Part shown: one piece after another, positions 41,095-54,729 of the stretch | Numbering within the stretch: position 1 is the stretch's first letter | Layout: each line of letters opens with the position of its first letter | Assembly: GCA_905331295.1 (NCBI GenBank) | Contig: CAJNYD010000001.1 | Location: 1 to 64,000, forward strand | Length of the DNA: 64,000 nt | Reading direction: 5' to 3' | From: Rotaria socialis | Taxonomy: Eukaryota | Program-made: the position numbers and the translations under genes | The notes under the pieces: model-generated | What the model was told of the DNA's origin: nothing | Database searches by the model: none | What the model saw: the letters and a program-made list of their open reading frames with translations, nothing else

Positions 41095-41921
41095 TTATTG
41101 TCGTTGTTCGTCTTGATTTAATATTGATGATGAATTGAATAGAAATTGTTGTCTATGTTCTTGTTTATTAATCAAATCCAAAGAATGTTGCTGTTGTTGA
41201 TACACATCTAATAAAGCCTGCCGACGTAATTCCATTTGTAACTTTAATTTATTAGTAAAGAAGAGATAACGCCAACCACGTATTTGAACTAAATTAATAA
41301 AATATTTATTTTTCAATATTTTTTTCCCATGTTGACGTATATAAAATATTTTCCAAAGATCATTATGACGCGATATTAAACGAAATAATTTTGATACTAA
41401 TGATATCTGTGGAATATCATCAATATTAATAAATGAAAATATTTTTATTTGAATATTCAATGGTAAATATTTAAATAAATCAATTTGACCAGAAACAATA
41501 TTTAAACAATAGTTAACAATTTTTTTTCCAAATATTCGATTTATTTCATGATGAGCTATTTTGTTGTAAAGAAAATCTTCATAAGAATCTTTAATTTGAC
41601 CTGGATAAATTGAACCTTCTATATTGCGAAGAGTTATTTTCCACCATCGAATAATAATCTTTTAAATAAAATAAATATTTATAGCAAGAAAAAAAACGAA
41701 CGAATTAACAAAATTACTTGATCTAAATTAATTTCTATTTGACCATAATCTTTTGATGGTGAAGGTGCTTCACCATGGCATTCGAATAGAATTTCATTTT
41801 TAACAATTATTCCTGCTAATAGTGGATGTTCTTTTAAATATTCATGAATATTAAAAGATTTTTTTGAATTGAAATTATCATCATCATTATCTAGATTCAT
41901 TATCATTTTATTATTCGCCAT
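41095..41921 (-). CDS. FBXO36: F-box only protein 36-like
   Basis: LFECHGEAPSPSKDY, intron, IIRWWKITLR, central F-box LPLNIQIKIFSFI, and C-terminal GWRYLFFTNKLKLQMELRR. Confidence 0.85.
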
Positions 41922-43134
41922 AATTCTATACTAGATCTAATATGTTACTATGCAGAAAACCTCTAATACTGACTTTTTATCGTATACGATAGAAGCGATG
42001 GAAGAAAAGAAAGAAGGAAACAAAAATAGTTAAAGATATTTTAGTTGAAATCAATCAATCAATTACAAAATAGAAGTTTATTTATTTATTATGTTACTCA
42101 TAAATAACAATTAAAATCGAACCATTTATTATAAAATAATCGAAAATGTTAAAATTAATATTTTATGAAAAGAAATTTTCTTCTAATTTGACTGTTGTTG
42201 TCTGTTAAATGAATAAGATATTTATGGTAGGTGAAAAGCGTAGATTTGGAACTTCAGTACTTGCATTAGTGATTATTGTTGGTGCACTAAATCATCCATC
42301 ATTTTCCTATGTTCATGAAATTGAACGACTGCACTTTATTTAAATCTATGATAGCTAACGATCCACAACATCCACAATGGATTAAACAATGATTTTAAAA
42401 TGAATGAGTTGTATACAGAATGAATATGTTTCTGTTGAAACTTTCAAGTGGCTGGATTTGTTTTATCTGAAAACACAAGACATTCTATGTAAATATATTT
42501 TATTTATCATTTATAGCGAAATACAAATCATCTTTCAAAGATGAAGAATACTAAAAGATTGTAGAACAAAACATGATGAAGACCCGAAATTCTATTTTCA
42601 TAGAATTCTTTCTTTTTCGTACGCACAGCGAAAACAGGGTGTCTGATCGACCTTTGAACTGAAATTTATGTCTTTTTCTGAATTTGTAGATTAAGATTTC
42701 ATTTTTTTAAAGCTAATTCACTTATCGCATGCATGAAATTGTGATTGTTCTTCATCCTGAAAAAAAAAGAAAATATTAGAAATAAACTTTGAGAAAAAAA
42801 TTTTTTTTACCAAGAGTAAAGTAGTCGAAGAAACTAATTTCTATGAGAATCTACTGTAAATTATTTTAGAATTTAAGGCAATGTTATACCTATGGTATAT
42901 TTTCCGTTCTATGATGACAGATATAAAACAGATTTATTTTCGATTTGAATTGTGGCCGTTATACATTGTGATAGCTAATACACTTATCCTGATTCGGTAT
43001 AATCTCCATAAGAGAGCAAAAATAATAGAAATATTCTAATAGGCAAAAATTCTTTCAGTGAGTTTTTCGGTCATTGTCCAATATTCAGCTGTATAATATG
43101 TATGTATACAAACGCAGATAAATGTATGTATGTT

Positions 43135-43159
43135 CAGAGAGAGAGAGAGAGAGAGAGAG
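43135..43159. repeat. (GA)n microsatellite
   Basis: agagagag tract. Confidence 0.85.
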
Positions 43160-43598
43160 ATGTATGTTTACATGTAACAAGCAGGTTTAATTTGAAATAT
43201 TGATATCATCATACAAAATTTTATCTCAATAAACTTCCTTAATTGAACATACAGATAGTTCATCTTCACTATCACGTCACGTCGCTAGACGACTATTCTC
43301 TGAGAAAGTATTTAAGAATTATCAAGTCTTTAGGAATAGTCTGACAATTTTCCTAGGGGATGGTAGCGGAGAGTCGATTAGAGATGCTTGACTGATTACA
43401 ATTTTTCTACTGCGTAGATGTCGCATATGTCTTAAATATCAATTGGATCTTTTATTAACCATGAGATAATATTCATTAGTCATGGCAAATTTTCATCAGC
43501 TAACTCAATTGATGACGTGCTACTGTTACTTTTGAATGACAATGACAATCAAAATACACTAGCATCATATTGATGCAGTAGAAATCTTATATTTTTAG

Positions 43599-44060
43599 AT
43601 GGCATCATATTTTGATGAACATAATTGTGAACCATTAGCAACAGGAGAACAACCAAATCATTTACTAGATTTAGCTCGTCTATTATTGGATAGTGGAATT
43701 GGGGCCGAATTTCAATTAGAATTTGAACGTATTTTTGGTCATGTTGATGGTCGAAAACAACCACCAGCGGCTAAACATGTTATTGAAAATTTGCAATCAA
43801 CAAATAGTTTTGATCACGATGAAAAATGTTCAATTTGTTTAAAAGAATTTCAATTGAATTCAACAAAAGAATTGCCATGTCATCATAAATATTGCACAAA
43901 TTGTATAATACAATGGCTTAAATTAGTTAATTCATGTCCAATGTGTAGAATTGAATTACCAACTGATGATCAAGATTATGAACAATATAAAAAGCAAAAA
44001 GAACGTTTGAAACAAAGACAAGTTGAATTAGATGATTTACATAATTCAATGTTTTCATAG
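43599..44060 (+). CDS. RNF181: E3 ubiquitin ligase RNF181
   Basis: MASYFDEHNCEPL start, PPAAK, RING CSIC..LPCHH..C..WL..NSCPMCR, ELPTDDQDYE, LHNSMFS end. Confidence 0.95.
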   Translation: MASYFDEHNCEPLATGEQPNHLLDLARLLLDSGIGAEFQLEFERIFGHVDGRKQPPAAKHVIENLQSTNSFDHDEKCSICLKEFQLNSTKELPCHHKYCTNCIIQWLKLVNSCPMCRIELPTDDQDYEQYKKQKERLKQRQVELDDLHNSMFS

Positions 44061-45020
44061 TTGCATGTGTTATTAACAATAAAATTATTTATTCGAGATT
44101 TTTCAATTCTTTTATTCTATTTAAAATCTACAATTAATTTAATACTATGTAGTTTCTACTATTAAATTCGCAAAATATAGATAGATATGATTTTTCATTA
44201 ATTTGTTGTGATATATTATGTACTTTCTTTTGAATTGGGACAATACGAGTTTGTTTATGATAATTTTCGTTTCATAAAATACATAAAATAACTAAAAATC
44301 AATTCCAATGATGAAGTCAATGCTTATTATAAGGCTAAAAATTATTCATGCTGATTTACTTTGATGATAATACAAAAAATATGCTAAAACAAAACATTGA
44401 AAAATTCAACAAAAGATTGTCCCATACGGTTCTCTATGAATTTCTATTAATAGACTCTTGAATTTAAAGAACTCTGTCGCTTCATTTTGTTTTTCTATTT
44501 TTGGCAAAGATATTATAGCGTTCGCTGACATTGAAACACAGTTTTTAGACTTGTTCATTGGTGATAAATAAAAATAAATTTAATCACTCATTACGGAACG
44601 TAAACAAGAATTAATCTATGATGAATGAGATTTAAAAAATGAAAATTTGAACAGATACAATAGAAATATAATGAAATTGTTTGAAAATTCGATAGTACAA
44701 TATGTAAATTAAAGAAATCCTATTTAATCCACATCATTATTGTGAAGCGAATTATATATTGTAGGATATATTCAAGGACAAACAAGATCACTGTCATTTT
44801 AGAAAAATCTCAAAAAAAATTTTACTAGAATGAATATAATCGAAACACAAATATCATTTGTTACTTATTGACAGAGAAGAAAAAGCAATGATAAAAAGAC
44901 CTTGATCGATCTCAGCTTTTTTTTTATAATATCAAGGGTATATATAACATTGTTTTGATAAACTAATTAAGTTTATTTTCTATCTTTATCTTTATATTTT
45001 AAAATCACTTTAATTTTATC

Positions 45021-47473
45021 CATGGCAGATTGTTATGGCAAATTTCGAGTAAAGCTGAGAAGAAAAAAAACGATAAAAAAAGATTTTTAAACAAATTTTT
45101 TTTCAGGCATCATTGAAATCAAATGAAAGTAAACCTAAAATAGGACTGACAAAACAAACATGGCTTGATACTCCGTTTATTATCCGAGGAAAATATGAAG
45201 GAATACCTGTTTGGTATTATATTCTCGTTTCTTTCGATAAAATTAAACATATTAAAAGTCAACCAATAGGAAAAACATTAAATTCTATTGAATTCGGTAA
45301 TATTATTCAATATCGTGATGATCAACAACGTATATGTTCCATGTTTGGATGGGGAATAAATCCACCTAAATCATTAAAAACATGGTTCGAGCAAAATTAT
45401 GGTGTGTATATATTCGTATTTATACGTTTTATTCTTATTGAAATGAATTCAAATTTAGATGATGGAACTATTGATGAAACTATAAATATAAAATATGAAA
45501 AAGATGATATTCGATTATGTACAATACAACGTTTAAGATTCGATGAATTAATTGGAATTAATCAATTCTATCACAAAAGAGATCATTTTCATTATATAAG
45601 ATTATCGACTGGTTCTCAAACAAGTCTTGCTTATCGATCGGGCATGAGAAATTTCGATCGATTGATTTCTTTCAATGGCATTAATATTGAACAAGAAACA
45701 CCTGAAAAAATAGCGGAACGATTTAAAAAGGAATGCTATCGCCCTATTCAAATACTTGTTTGTAGTCCAGCAACATATCAACATTATAAATTGAATAATA
45801 TAAATATACATGCTAATCTCTCTACTGTTCAATTTTTAGAACCAGCATTTGATCTATCATGTAATTTTATATTTACTATCTTCTTTTAAGCTAATTTTGT
45901 TTTTCTCATTTTAGTATCGAACCTAGAAATATCAACACCATTAAATATAAGTATGAGAGAAAAATTTGTTGTTGTACAAATGGAAACTAATAATCTTATG
46001 TGTACAGTAACTGAATCATCAGATTTGAGACAAGTCAATGATATTTATTTAATAGAAAATCAAGGAAAATTTCATAGAGGACAAATCAAATTTAAAGGTC
46101 AACTCTTTAATATTATTATTTATTTATACACACAATCATCGTAATTTTTAGGTTCACAAGATCAATGTGAACATTTTCGTTATCACTGTATCCATCAATT
46201 TCATAATGAGAATATTGATAGAATATTGGATTATAACAAATCAATAGCTAAAATAAATCAACACACTAGAATTCCATCGGAGAAAAACATTTTAGGTATG
46301 ACTTTTATCATCTAAATAAATTTGTTTGTTATCGAATCAAAATTATCTAAAAATCGAATCTTTTCTCAATTTTTTTAATTAAAAAAATATTTATATTCTA
46401 AATTGAGAAGTAATTTTATGCACGTATGTTTAACAAAAAGTAAATATAAATAGTGTTTGGGAAAAGTGTATGCAAATCAGTTAAAGTTTTTAATTAATTT
46501 AATTAATATTTATTCTATAGATATGTTTTGTTTTTCAGTTGAAATAACTCGCTTTGAAGATCTTCCAAATGAAATCATATTTGATATATTAAACTATTTA
46601 ACACTTGAACATATACATTGTAGTTTTATCGATCTCAATAGTCGATTGAATAGCCTCATTCGATCTTCAAATAATTTAACATTGATTTTTGATGAAAAGC
46701 CTGATCGATTATTAATGGAATCTTATAAATTTCAACTAGTTCATTTAATAATTGATACATCAAATGAATGTGATTTAGCTCAGTTTTTTAATTTACATTC
46801 ATTAATAATATATAATAGAAATTTAAATCATATTAAACAGATTCGACCCAAAACATTGCCAAATCTTGTTAATTTATTATTTTTATTAAAACCTGATTTT
46901 AAAGTTCCAGTTGAGCTGATCGATGATATATTTTCTAATAGATTTCCATATATCCGATATGTTAATTTAGGTCATATAGATAAACCATTTATTAAATCGT
47001 GGTCAATAACATATTCACTGGAAATTTTATTTATTCGTTGTGATCAATTAATGATTATTGAAAATATTCTTGAAGCTAGTCCTAATTTAAAATATTTTCA
47101 AATTCATATTTTAAATAATTTCAATAATATTCATATTTGTTCGTCATCATTTAAACATCAACTTAAAAGATTTACTTTATGGTCTGATGATATAGAATTA
47201 AAATTAAATCAAATTGATGCTCTTCTTACTTATATACCTTATGTAACACATTTATATGTGCAAACAACATGTCAAATACCATTTATTGAATTAGCTAAAA
47301 ATATTATTTATCGATTACATCTTTTATCTCAATTCGATTGTTTTATTAAAGAAATTTTGACGAAAAATGAACGAATTTATGATTTAGATGATATTCATAA
47401 AATATCTTCGTTATTTCATACAATTGAGTGTGTTGTAGAAAATGACAAATTTAGAACATTTGCCACAGAATAA
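45021..47473 (+). CDS. Multi-exon protein: RG..WYY..GWG.PP domain + PDZ-like + F-box/LRR
   Basis: PDZ-like SLAYRSGMRNFDRLISFNGINI. Exon 46152-46295 ends in phase 1 and matches the phase-1 acceptor at 46520/46521, leading into TRFEDLPNEIIFDILNYL (F-box). Start exon is tentative. Confidence 0.7.
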
Positions 47474-47754
47474 ATGTCAATATATTCCTTTTTTTCTTCT
47501 TGATTAAATTATATATTTTAGTTAATTGAAAAATATGAAATATTAATCTTAAATTTAAAGAAAATTCATTTGAGGCCCAGTTTTTAATGATTTTTGAAAA
47601 GAATTTCAATGAAAACTGCATATCTTTTGTCAAACTTTTACTTTCTTACATAGATTGAGTGTCTTAACCAGGGGAGGGGCAGGTGGGCCATTGTACATCT
47701 CGTTTGCAGAGTTGTCCATTGTAATTTTACTTTTTCTAAATTATTATATTTTGT

Positions 47755-47895
47755 ATGAAACGCGTTGAGACGCTTCGAATGCTTCACTGTAGATGCGTTT
47801 TCGTTAAGAAACGCGTTCGACCGCAACTCAAAGTACGAACGCATTGCAACGCGTTCGTTCTTCGTGTTCCGCACACAAATAAAGCGCGTTTCAGA
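47755..47895. repeat. AACGCGTT-motif-rich repeat fragment
   Basis: Several (A)ACGCGTT/ACGCATT motifs in an otherwise CpG-poor context; similar cluster at 53895-54075. Confidence 0.5.
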
Positions 47896-49073
47896 TGTGT
47901 TCCCAGGCAAAAAACTTTCGCATAGGCCCAAATAGTCTTTTATTTTGTTGTTGTTAATATTTCTCTTTTTAGAATTTAATAGTAAAGCTACATCGAATTT
48001 CATCTAAGAATCAAAATCATTCGGGAGTTATAGTGTCTGGAACTTTTGCTACATGCTGCTAAAATAAACAGTTCACGAATAAATGCTTTGATAAATATAT
48101 CATATTTAAACAGATCTATTAAACTTCAGCTAGTTCCTCGAAATTTTGAATATAGCCACGAAACATTTAAGAGGTATATAAACCATTTCACAGCGTTCGT
48201 ACTTTCACTAACAGTTTACAGCTTTAAATAGCTATGAATGGCAGAAATCTTACTCGATTAAAAATAATATATATTTTGTAAATGCGTCATATTATTATGA
48301 CTTAATGTGGCATTAGTGTCGTTCATGACAACTTTGAAGAGATTGTCGTTTGTTTATGATAAATAACGAAATATTCGCTTCATTTTAAGTAAACATTTCA
48401 TTGTTCTCGAATTAGTTAGCTACTCCTACTTTGTTTGCTCATTGGCCCAGAAAATATGTATCTTTGCAAAAATATTCCTTATCAATGGTCTTTTATGGTT
48501 TCATATTAGCATATTTTTTTCTCTCTTTAAATGATCTCTTCTTATTTTTGTGTAAGAATGTTTTAATATTAATTTATTCATAAAACAAATAATATTTCAT
48601 GCTGCAACTTTATTTCCATGGTAAGAGCACGTTCGAGATATTGGAAAAATACACAAAATCCATTGACTAATGTGTGATGCAAAAAAAATGAAACAATATG
48701 TTGGATGAAGATATCGAATGTCACGAAGGACATGTTACTAGCATTGAGAAAAAAAACTCGTACGAAATATTTAACACATTCTGCATAACATATTCGTGAG
48801 ACTCGTACTGAGTTTCCTGCGATTGTATATCTGATTACTGAAACTCACACTAAAATTCATGTTATAGAAAAGGGGAATTTTCGATATACAAGTCACCGAA
48901 ATCTAGATTATCAAATATCTTTCGATGACATTTATTTCTGACATTCATCTTTCAACCAAATTATTTACTTGATTTCTTATCCAAGTGAAGCATTAACGTG
49001 GTCAATTTCTTTGACTACATAGTTGAAAGGTTTCAATGATTATAATTGGAGACAGTTTATAGAACTAAACCTA

Positions 49074-50018
49074 AAGAGTGTCCCAGAAGTTCTGCAACGA
49101 TTTTAAGAATTCATCATTCTCGCATTCTACAAAAGCAAATTCGCTGAAACTTTGGTAGATTGTTGTACATATGTGGTACTACATAACTGCAAAGTTTGAG
49201 ATCAATACACTGTACTATGGATGATAAACTGTAGCAACGCTGACATGTATTATGTTTTAAATTTTCCTGGTCATCTTCGGGTGTGAAACATTTTACTTTA
49301 TTTCGTCTATGTGTCAGGCTAGGTAGATGATAAAATCTTGATTTTTTAAAATAAGATGCGCCGTGACAAGCTCTAGAAAAATTGTAATAACAAATCCTTA
49401 CTGACTTGTGTTAATGGCCTTTGCCATATTCAAAATGAAAAAACTACTTGATAGTACGACTTCTCACCATTATAAAAAAAGGTTTAGAGGACTTTTTTGT
49501 TTTCCAATAGGAATTTGTTTATACAGGTTTTGTAGAGCTTTCGACAGCGCATCTTATCAAAAGCAATCAAAGTTTTATTATTTTTTCAAGCCGAGTTACA
49601 TGCAAAACAAAAAGGTCTTGCAAACCTTTTCTTTATTACGCACAATATGGTGAGAAGTCGTGCTATCATGTAGTTTTTTCATTTTGAGTATGAAAACAAG
49701 TCAATAGGGATTTGTTATTACAATTTTTGTAGAGCTTTACACGGCGCATCTTATAAAAGAAAATATCAAGATTTTATCATCTACCTAGCCTGAGACATAG
49801 ACATTTTGGCAGACAAACAATACAGAAAAATTTCGAAAATAATACATGACAGTGCTGTTCTAGGCTCTCATCTATAGTATAAGCTATAGACCTGAAACTT
49901 TTCAGTAATGTGGTACCACATATATACAATAATCTACCAAAGTTTCAGCGAATTTGCTTTTGTAGAATGTGAGAACGGTGAATTCTTAAAATCATTTCAG
50001 AACTTCTGGAACACCCTT
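49074..50018. mobile_element. Tc1/mariner-type foldback MITE (945 bp, TA-flanked, ~400-bp inverted arms)
   Basis: TA|aagagtgtcccagaagttctg ... cagaacttctggaacaccctt|TA; arm complementarity continues inward to about 49471/49647. Confidence 0.9.
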
Positions 50019-50114
50019 TACCAACCACTAATTAAAACCCATGGTGTAGCTTTGATAAATGAAATTAATCTTGGCCGTCAGTCAGATTACCGAAAGTCTC
50101 ATCATCGATATTAT

Positions 50115-50395
50115 ATCTCCAGATCAATCGTACAGATTCCAACAGAAACGTAGCGGGAAAAGACGAAAGGTGGAAGTGGTGTTTCGATTGGAAAATGTTT
50201 GAATTTGTTCTTCAGTGAACTCCAGTCAACTTTTCCATGGCTTACGCCAAGAAAACTGTAGACCACTAGAAAAAGTCGCGAATTTTCCGATCAAAATACT
50301 AATTTCAACTTTCGTCTTTTCCAGTTGCTTTTCTCCCGAATTCGATGATTTTTCTTGTGGATTCCAATGAACTCTTACTATTTCTGCGACCTTCA
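50115..50395. mobile_element. Highly decayed MITE related to 51804-52068
   Basis: ggaagtggtgtttcgattggaaaat resembles ggaagcagtatttctgccggaaaat; also ttttccgatcaaaatact. Confidence 0.35.
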
Positions 50396-50534
50396 TGTCG
50401 ATAATGTAAGTTTAGGATAAAACCATACTGTTAATCTATCAGCTCATTTTTTTATAAGTAAAAGGCACATAAATTCTGCTTATCATTTTTTTTCATCTCA
50501 TAAAAGAAATCTTGTGAAGAATCAACCATTATAA

Positions 50535-51539
50535 ATGACAACTTCTGTACCTGACCTACCATTTATTCAGCAAATGTTTACACGATATGGTATGAGCACA
50601 TATGTAGCATTTGGAAATTTGGGTAATTTATTAACTATTGCTGCTTTTTGCCAATGTGAACCATGGAAAAATCCTTGTTTACTTTATTTATTATCGATGA
50701 CAATATGTAATTTAATTTGTCTTGATGTTGGAATAATTCCAATGATATTTTCATTAGACCATGTTGATATATCTACTCAGTCCATAATTTTTTGTCAATT
50801 ACAGTTTTATATTCGACATGCTTTTTTTCAAATGATGCGTACATATAAAGTTCTTGCATGCATGAATCGTTTTGCTATTTCTAGTATGAGTGTTCGTATT
50901 CGTTCATTGAATACATATAAAATGGCTATTCATTTAATAATAACTTCTGCTTTGTTTTGGTTGCTGGCAGTGATCTTTTTTAGTTATGCCCGAACAATTC
51001 AAAATGGTTCGTGCAATATACAAAATGGAATTTATTTAATGATTTATACAATTTATTACATACTATCAGCTGGACTGTTTCCTCCATTATTGATTGTATT
51101 TTTCAATACATTATTAATTCGAAATTTGAAGGGTTTGCGAGGTCGTATTCAACCAATAAGAGATAATGCAGAAAATAAACAATCAAATATTATGCTTCGA
51201 AAACGTGATAGAAACTTAATGAAAATGATTTTTGTTGAAGTTATGATTTATGTTGTGAGCACAATGCCATTTTCAATTTATCTTATTTACAAAATTATAA
51301 CAGATAGTTTTACAAAAAGTCTAGAACAACAGCAAATTGAATCATTTATAAATTATATTACACAATCATTTATCATGTATTTAAATACAGCTATGCCATT
51401 TTATATTTACATTTTAACATCATCATCATTTAGACGAGAATGTAAAAGAGTATTATTCAAATTCTATGCTCTAATTATGAGAAAACAACTTAGAAATCTA
51501 CACAATAATAGCGATCGAGCAATGACTATACACAATTAG
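50535..51539 (+). CDS. Orphan class A (rhodopsin-like) GPCR, intronless
   Basis: Seven hydrophobic segments; TM1 GNLGNLL, NPCLLYL, extracellular Cys FCQ, LACMNRF (DRY equivalent), TM6 STMPF, TM7 PFYIYILTSSSFR. Confidence 0.9.
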   Translation: MTTSVPDLPFIQQMFTRYGMSTYVAFGNLGNLLTIAAFCQCEPWKNPCLLYLLSMTICNLICLDVGIIPMIFSLDHVDISTQSIIFCQLQFYIRHAFFQMMRTYKVLACMNRFAISSMSVRIRSLNTYKMAIHLIITSALFWLLAVIFFSYARTIQNGSCNIQNGIYLMIYTIYYILSAGLFPPLLIVFFNTLLIRNLKGLRGRIQPIRDNAENKQSNIMLRKRDRNLMKMIFVEVMIYVVSTMPFSIYLIYKIITDSFTKSLEQQQIESFINYITQSFIMYLNTAMPFYIYILTSSSFRRECKRVLFKFYALIMRKQLRNLHNNSDRAMTIHN

Positions 51540-51803
51540 CTTGCGAGTCACAAGTTGTGACTATTGGCATTTGTATTTATTTCAATAAAGAGAAAGTTTA
51601 TTCTTGTAATCTATGAAAATTTGATTTCTCTATCTATGAATGATATTCTCAAAAATAAATATGAAGCCTTATTCTTTTATAAAAAGAAACTAGAATGCTT
51701 CAATAAGAGTGAAGCTTATTTTGAAAAAACAAAAGAAAAGCCCGATAAACATTTCACAATCCCACAAGAGGATCATCTCATTCCTATAAAAAGCATGAGT
51801 ATT

Positions 51804-52068
51804 CCGAGGTCGACCACTCCGGTCACCGGATACTGTAGGAACCGACCGGAAAAAGATGCAGAAAAATCACCGTATTCCGCAGGAAAACAAGGGAAGCCGC
51901 TGGAACCTGGAAGCAGTATTTCTGCCGGAAAATTTTCGGAGTTTTTCCCAATGATTTGCTGTCAGTTTCTGTCGGAAAGCACTGGAAGTTGATCGGAATA
52001 CTGTTTCCATCTTTCAGCGATTTATCGTTTTTTTCCGGTCGTTTCCCGCCGTACAGTCACGAACTGGG
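51804..52068. mobile_element. Degenerate CCCAG-ended, CCGG-rich MITE
   Basis: ccgaggtcgaccactccgg ... ccgtacagtcacgaactggg. Confidence 0.6.
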
Positions 52069-53051
52069 TCCTATTCACTGAAATCCTTTCTTTATTATGA
52101 TTTATTTTATGCTGTTCAATCATTACTGATTATCTCTGTTATATCATTTTGTCGAGTTTGAATAGTTTTTTCTTTGCCTCTTCCTATCGATTCAAATCCA
52201 AGGCTATCACATTGAACGATCGACATATTCTCCAGTAGATATATATGAAAGTTTTATTTTAAAAAATAAGATAAACTGAAGAAAACAGTAAACTTGAAAT
52301 ATTTATACTGAGAATAGCTTTTAATTCAGATTAGCGACCATTATAATGGTCAAAATATTATAATTAAATATGTGAATTCAATTTGACTTTGCAAAATAGA
52401 TATTACTATACTACGTATATTTAGATAAAATAAAGGAAATGAAGAAAATCAGGAAAACATATGCTACTTTCGTTCCTCTCAAGCAAAATAGAATAAACAT
52501 TTGTTAGATTCATTTAGTTGTATCTTATGGTGAACATGTGTCGCAATGTGACCACAATAGAAAAAAAGAATTCCAAGAAGATATGTTCATACATGAATGA
52601 TATAAGATGATTTTAAACTCGAGAAAAAAGATCGAACGATTCAGGCTCTATATATCGTTTTCAAGATACTTGTGGATGGCTCAAAATAAATATTTTTGAG
52701 CTTAATCAAGTTTTGTTTATCCTTGGTGTTATTAAAGAATTAATTTATTCTTTTACTCTAATAAGATCAAAGAAATATTCCTTTCATTCATGGGCTACAG
52801 CTTTAGAATAGACTAAAGATTTCATATAATATCAAATTATTTTCATTTACACCCAATTACCTGATAAACACGTTCCTTCTTTAGAAGTCATGCAACGATT
52901 TGTTGCTTGGTGATCATCCTATACTTTTCAATGGGCTCATTCTGTGTGCTTTTCAAATAATTATTTCTATACCCCTTAATCTGTTTTGTGGAAATGCGGA
53001 TTCATTTGAAGCGATTCGCTAATGTTAAAAAGGAATAAACTGCGTATAGAT

Positions 53052-53172
53052 CAAGGGGGGAAAGCGCGACTTCCGTACTTCCGTACTTCACGCACTTTCA
53101 TGTACTTCACTCGTACTACCATTCTACTCACATCGTACTTCGAAGTACGAAAGCCGTGCTTTTCCCCTCTTG
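53052..53172. mobile_element. 121-bp P-element-type MITE with 8-bp TSD GTATAGAT
   Basis: gtatagat|caaggggggaaagcgcgac ... gccgtgcttttcccctcttg|gtatagat; internal GTACT repeats. Confidence 0.9.
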
Positions 53173-53894
53173 GTATAGATATTGTTATCATGTCAAGGAT
53201 CGATTGTATACCATACAGATAATGGGTGAAGGACATCTCATCTCACCTCTTTCTTACGAACTCCGGTGCAATAATTTGTTTACGATTTCCTGACATGAAA
53301 AAAAAGACATAGTGTTCGGAACGGAGTTCGTAAATGACATACAACAAAAATACATGGTATTCGGAATGAACCCTGTGCAGGAGTTCGGAATCAATTCTGA
53401 CAACAGCCTTTTCATAGGATATAACCATTGAAAAAGCTATTTTTAGAATTGATTCCGAACGCCATGTAAATTTTTATCTTTACGAACATCAAAATTTGGC
53501 TGAAGATCATAATCAAAATGTCCGGATGTTTGTAATGACAAAAACATGGAGACCGTAATAAAAAAAGGCGACAAGATTGTCACAAGTATGTTCAGATTCG
53601 TTCCTCTGTGAGAGAATATGAAGTGGTACGCTAGAGTCGCAACCTAAAATCATGTATAGCTGACGTTTCGGCGGATTCAAGCAATTACGATTGCACTTCT
53701 GTTTACTATAATAACTCTAGTATTCGTTATTATTCTCCTTATTCCTTCAACACACTACGCCTGGATCGAAAGTTTCTAGACAAAATTAAAACGTTTATTT
53801 CTTCATCATCTTGTGCTTTTATTTCCTAATTTTTTTATGAAAAATACAATGACATGAGATGAACAAATTGCATATTGAACGTGGTGTTTGGACA

Positions 53895-54075
53895 CAATGC
53901 GTTTAAACGCATTTTGAAAAAAACATATGAACCGCGTCTTACTGCGTTTCATACTGAAATCACGTTAATACGCAGTTAATGAAGTTCGACTAAACGCGTT
54001 CAGACACAGTGCAATATAAAACGCGTTTAAGAGCGTCTACGAAAAATATGAAGTGCATATGAACGCGTTGACATG
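53895..54075. repeat. AACGCGTT-motif-rich repeat fragment
   Basis: Repeated aacgcgtt/tgcgttt/aacgcatt motifs. Confidence 0.5.
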
Positions 54076-54629
54076 CGACTAGATAGCATCAGATTCTCCA
54101 AGATGTGCATCACAAGCGAACTATATCAAGTTGAATTGTTCAAGAAAATCTGTTTTTTAGAGCCCCTGAAAGCTATAGACGCTGCAATTATTTTATCTTT
54201 ACCTAAATTTAAGCAAAGAATGCATGATAAATATTAAGATCAGCAATATTCATAGCGTGCATAAACCTACAAATAGATATCATTAATTATGAAGCTGTTA
54301 AAAAATTGCATGATCACTTTTATTTCATCAACTATACGGTTATAATCAAATGAAATAACATGAGCACTTAGTCATATTGAGTTTTCTTCTTTGCAGCGAC
54401 TGCAATAAAATTATAAATTTAAAATTATAAAATTTCTTTTTAATTTAAATTGTAAAAAATAATATATCTAAATAAAATGATGTTTCTTTTTTTATATTTA
54501 TCATTATGTTAATCGATATTTCGTCCGATGATTGCGGACATCTACAAGGATTAATGAAAATATTGTTGATGTTTCTAATTTTCATGTTATTGTCGAAGTT
54601 GATGTTGCCCTAGGGAATGTACTGGGTTC

Positions 54630-54729
54630 NNNNNNNNNNNNNNNNNNNNNNNNNNNNNNNNNNNNNNNNNNNNNNNNNNNNNNNNNNNNNNNNNNNNNNN
54701 NNNNNNNNNNNNNNNNNNNNNNNNNNNNN
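54630..54729. other. Assembly gap (100 N)
   Basis: Run of N. Confidence 1.

Noticed and set aside
42180..42760. Minus-strand HCGCCG suggesting a tetraspanin relic
   Set aside because: The motif is too short and there are no supporting TM segments in frame.
51564..51992. 142-aa ORF
   Set aside because: Non-ATG start, and it reads through a MITE; spurious.
52336..52351. Perfect 16-bp palindrome gaccattataatggtc
   Set aside because: Isolated and AT-centred, with no associated structure.
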